Assembly: GCF_000284455.1 (NCBI RefSeq)
Contig: NC_017039.1
Location: forward strand, 2,940,001 to 2,972,000
DNA: 32,000 bases
Source of the DNA: Synechocystis sp. PCC 6803 substr. PCC-P
GTDB taxonomy: Bacteria; Cyanobacteriota; Cyanobacteriia; Cyanobacteriales; Microcystaceae
Direction of reading: 5' to 3'
Shown: piece after piece, positions 31,096 through 32,000 of the stretch
Layout: every line of letters starts with the position of its first letter
Numbering within the stretch: the first letter of the stretch is position 1
Position numbers and translations under genes: made by a program
The notes under the pieces: model-generated
The model's input: only the letters and a program-made list of their open reading frames with translations
What the model was told of the DNA's origin: nothing
The model's database searches: none

Positions 31096-32000
31096 ATGAA
31101 AGCAATTTTTGCCCTCCGCCAAGCAGTGGCGTCCCAACTAAAAAAGTCCACTGCCTCTAGCCATCCTCTCCCCAGGACCACGGCCTCCACTTCCCAAGAT
31201 GAAACCATTTGGCAAAAAATCCACCGCTCCAGGTTTGTACGCATTGCCCACCCACCAGTGATGTTGGGTATTACAGTGGTGTCCCTCACCGGGGTAGTGG
31301 GTTACCGTTTCTATAACCAGCCCCAGCTCAGCGTTGGCACCGAATCTCCCTACACCATTTACGCCCCGGAAGATGGCAGTTTTGTGGACGAAAGAACCAC
31401 AGAGGAAAAGCGGAAGGAAGTGCGGGCCGGTACCATTCCCCGCCTACAAAGGGATAACGAGTTAACCGCCCAACTCAAACAAGAAAGAAGTCAATATCTG
31501 GATGCCATCAACCAGCTCCGCTACCTAGCCGGTACCTTTCCCTACATAGACACCAAGATTTTTACCCTGGAGCAGCAACATTTACTCCGTAGTCTGGGGC
31601 CAGGGGAATGGCAACAATTGGAAGATTATATTAGCTATGGCCAGCCACTGCCCATGGCTTCACCCCAGTTGGCCAAACTGCAACAGTTATTTGATCAACA
31701 AAAAGCCACCACTTCCCCTGAGACCATGGCGGGCTTACTCACCAGCATCAGGACCGCCCAGGATAGATATGGTCGGGTGACGGCTCGCTTGGCGGAGGTT
31801 AAGGCCGATCGCCAGATTACCAATAACCAGATCGGGGCATTGAAGTTAGACGGGCCCACCTGGCAAACTACCCAACAGACCATTATCCAAGTCCATGACC
31901 GCATTCTCACCCAGGGCCTACCGGCGGGCATCACTGCTCCTCTGTTGGGGGAAACGGTACAACTCCATTTGCGCAACATTTTGCCCCCCCAGGCCCACCA
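31096..32000 (+). CDS. 7TM-HD family protein (PgpH-like), N-terminal extracytoplasmic region; truncated by window edge
   Basis: Not in the supplied ORF track. Open from ATG 31096 to the window end: MKAIFALRQAVASQLKKS...PVMLGITVVSLTGVVGYRFYNQPQLSVGTESPYTIYAPEDGSFVDERTTEEKRKEVRAGTIPRLQRDNELTAQLKQERSQYLD... One TM followed by a 7TMR-HDED-like segment. Confidence 0.75.
   Translation, partial: MKAIFALRQAVASQLKKSTASSHPLPRTTASTSQDETIWQKIHRSRFVRIAHPPVMLGITVVSLTGVVGYRFYNQPQLSVGTESPYTIYAPEDGSFVDERTTEEKRKEVRAGTIPRLQRDNELTAQLKQERSQYLDAINQLRYLAGTFPYIDTKIFTLEQQHLLRSLGPGEWQQLEDYISYGQPLPMASPQLAKLQQLFDQQKATTSPETMAGLLTSIRTAQDRYGRVTARLAEVKADRQITNNQIGALKLDGPTWQTTQQTIIQVHDRILTQGLPAGITAPLLGETVQLHLRNILPPQAH

Overview
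This window looks like cyanobacterial chromosome, most like Synechocystis sp. PCC 6803 or a close relative. Support is the protein content (Amt1, Glk, Pyk, CobQ, TrxA, AroH) and the very frequent HIP1 palindrome GCGATCGC. It is mostly ordinary single-copy metabolic, transport and cell-envelope genes. Reading left to right I can support: an AI-2E/PerM-type permease (truncated by the left edge); creatininase family; small secreted hypothetical; CRP/FNR-type regulator; glucokinase; ABC exporter; MFS transporter; small hypothetical; divergent ClC-like protein; MscS-family channel; cobQ; amidohydrolase (dihydroxybenzoate-decarboxylase-like); very compact [2Fe-2S] ferredoxin-like protein; hypothetical; pyruvate kinase; HI0933-type flavoprotein; thioredoxin; PF06089-type asparaginase; CGLD27/DUF1230-like protein; UDP-GlcNAc 2-epimerase; GltS-like symporter; AroH chorismate mutase; glycosyltransferase-TPR protein; a decayed IS701-like insertion sequence with visible terminal inverted repeats; ammonium transporter with an upstream NtcA-type box; KDPG aldolase; hypothetical; and a 7TM-HD family protein (truncated by the right edge). 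I see no CRISPR array, prophage, restriction/defence island or convincing new multi-gene system. The best second-look items are: (1) the IS element, whose lesions can be reconstructed base by base; (2) the 79-aa ferredoxin-like protein with a shortened Cys3-Cys4 spacer, overlapping an amidohydrolase gene directly after cobQ; (3) the divergent ClC-like protein; (4) a 755-bp unexplained intergenic region with short repeats. All family names come from recognising motifs by eye; no database search was run.
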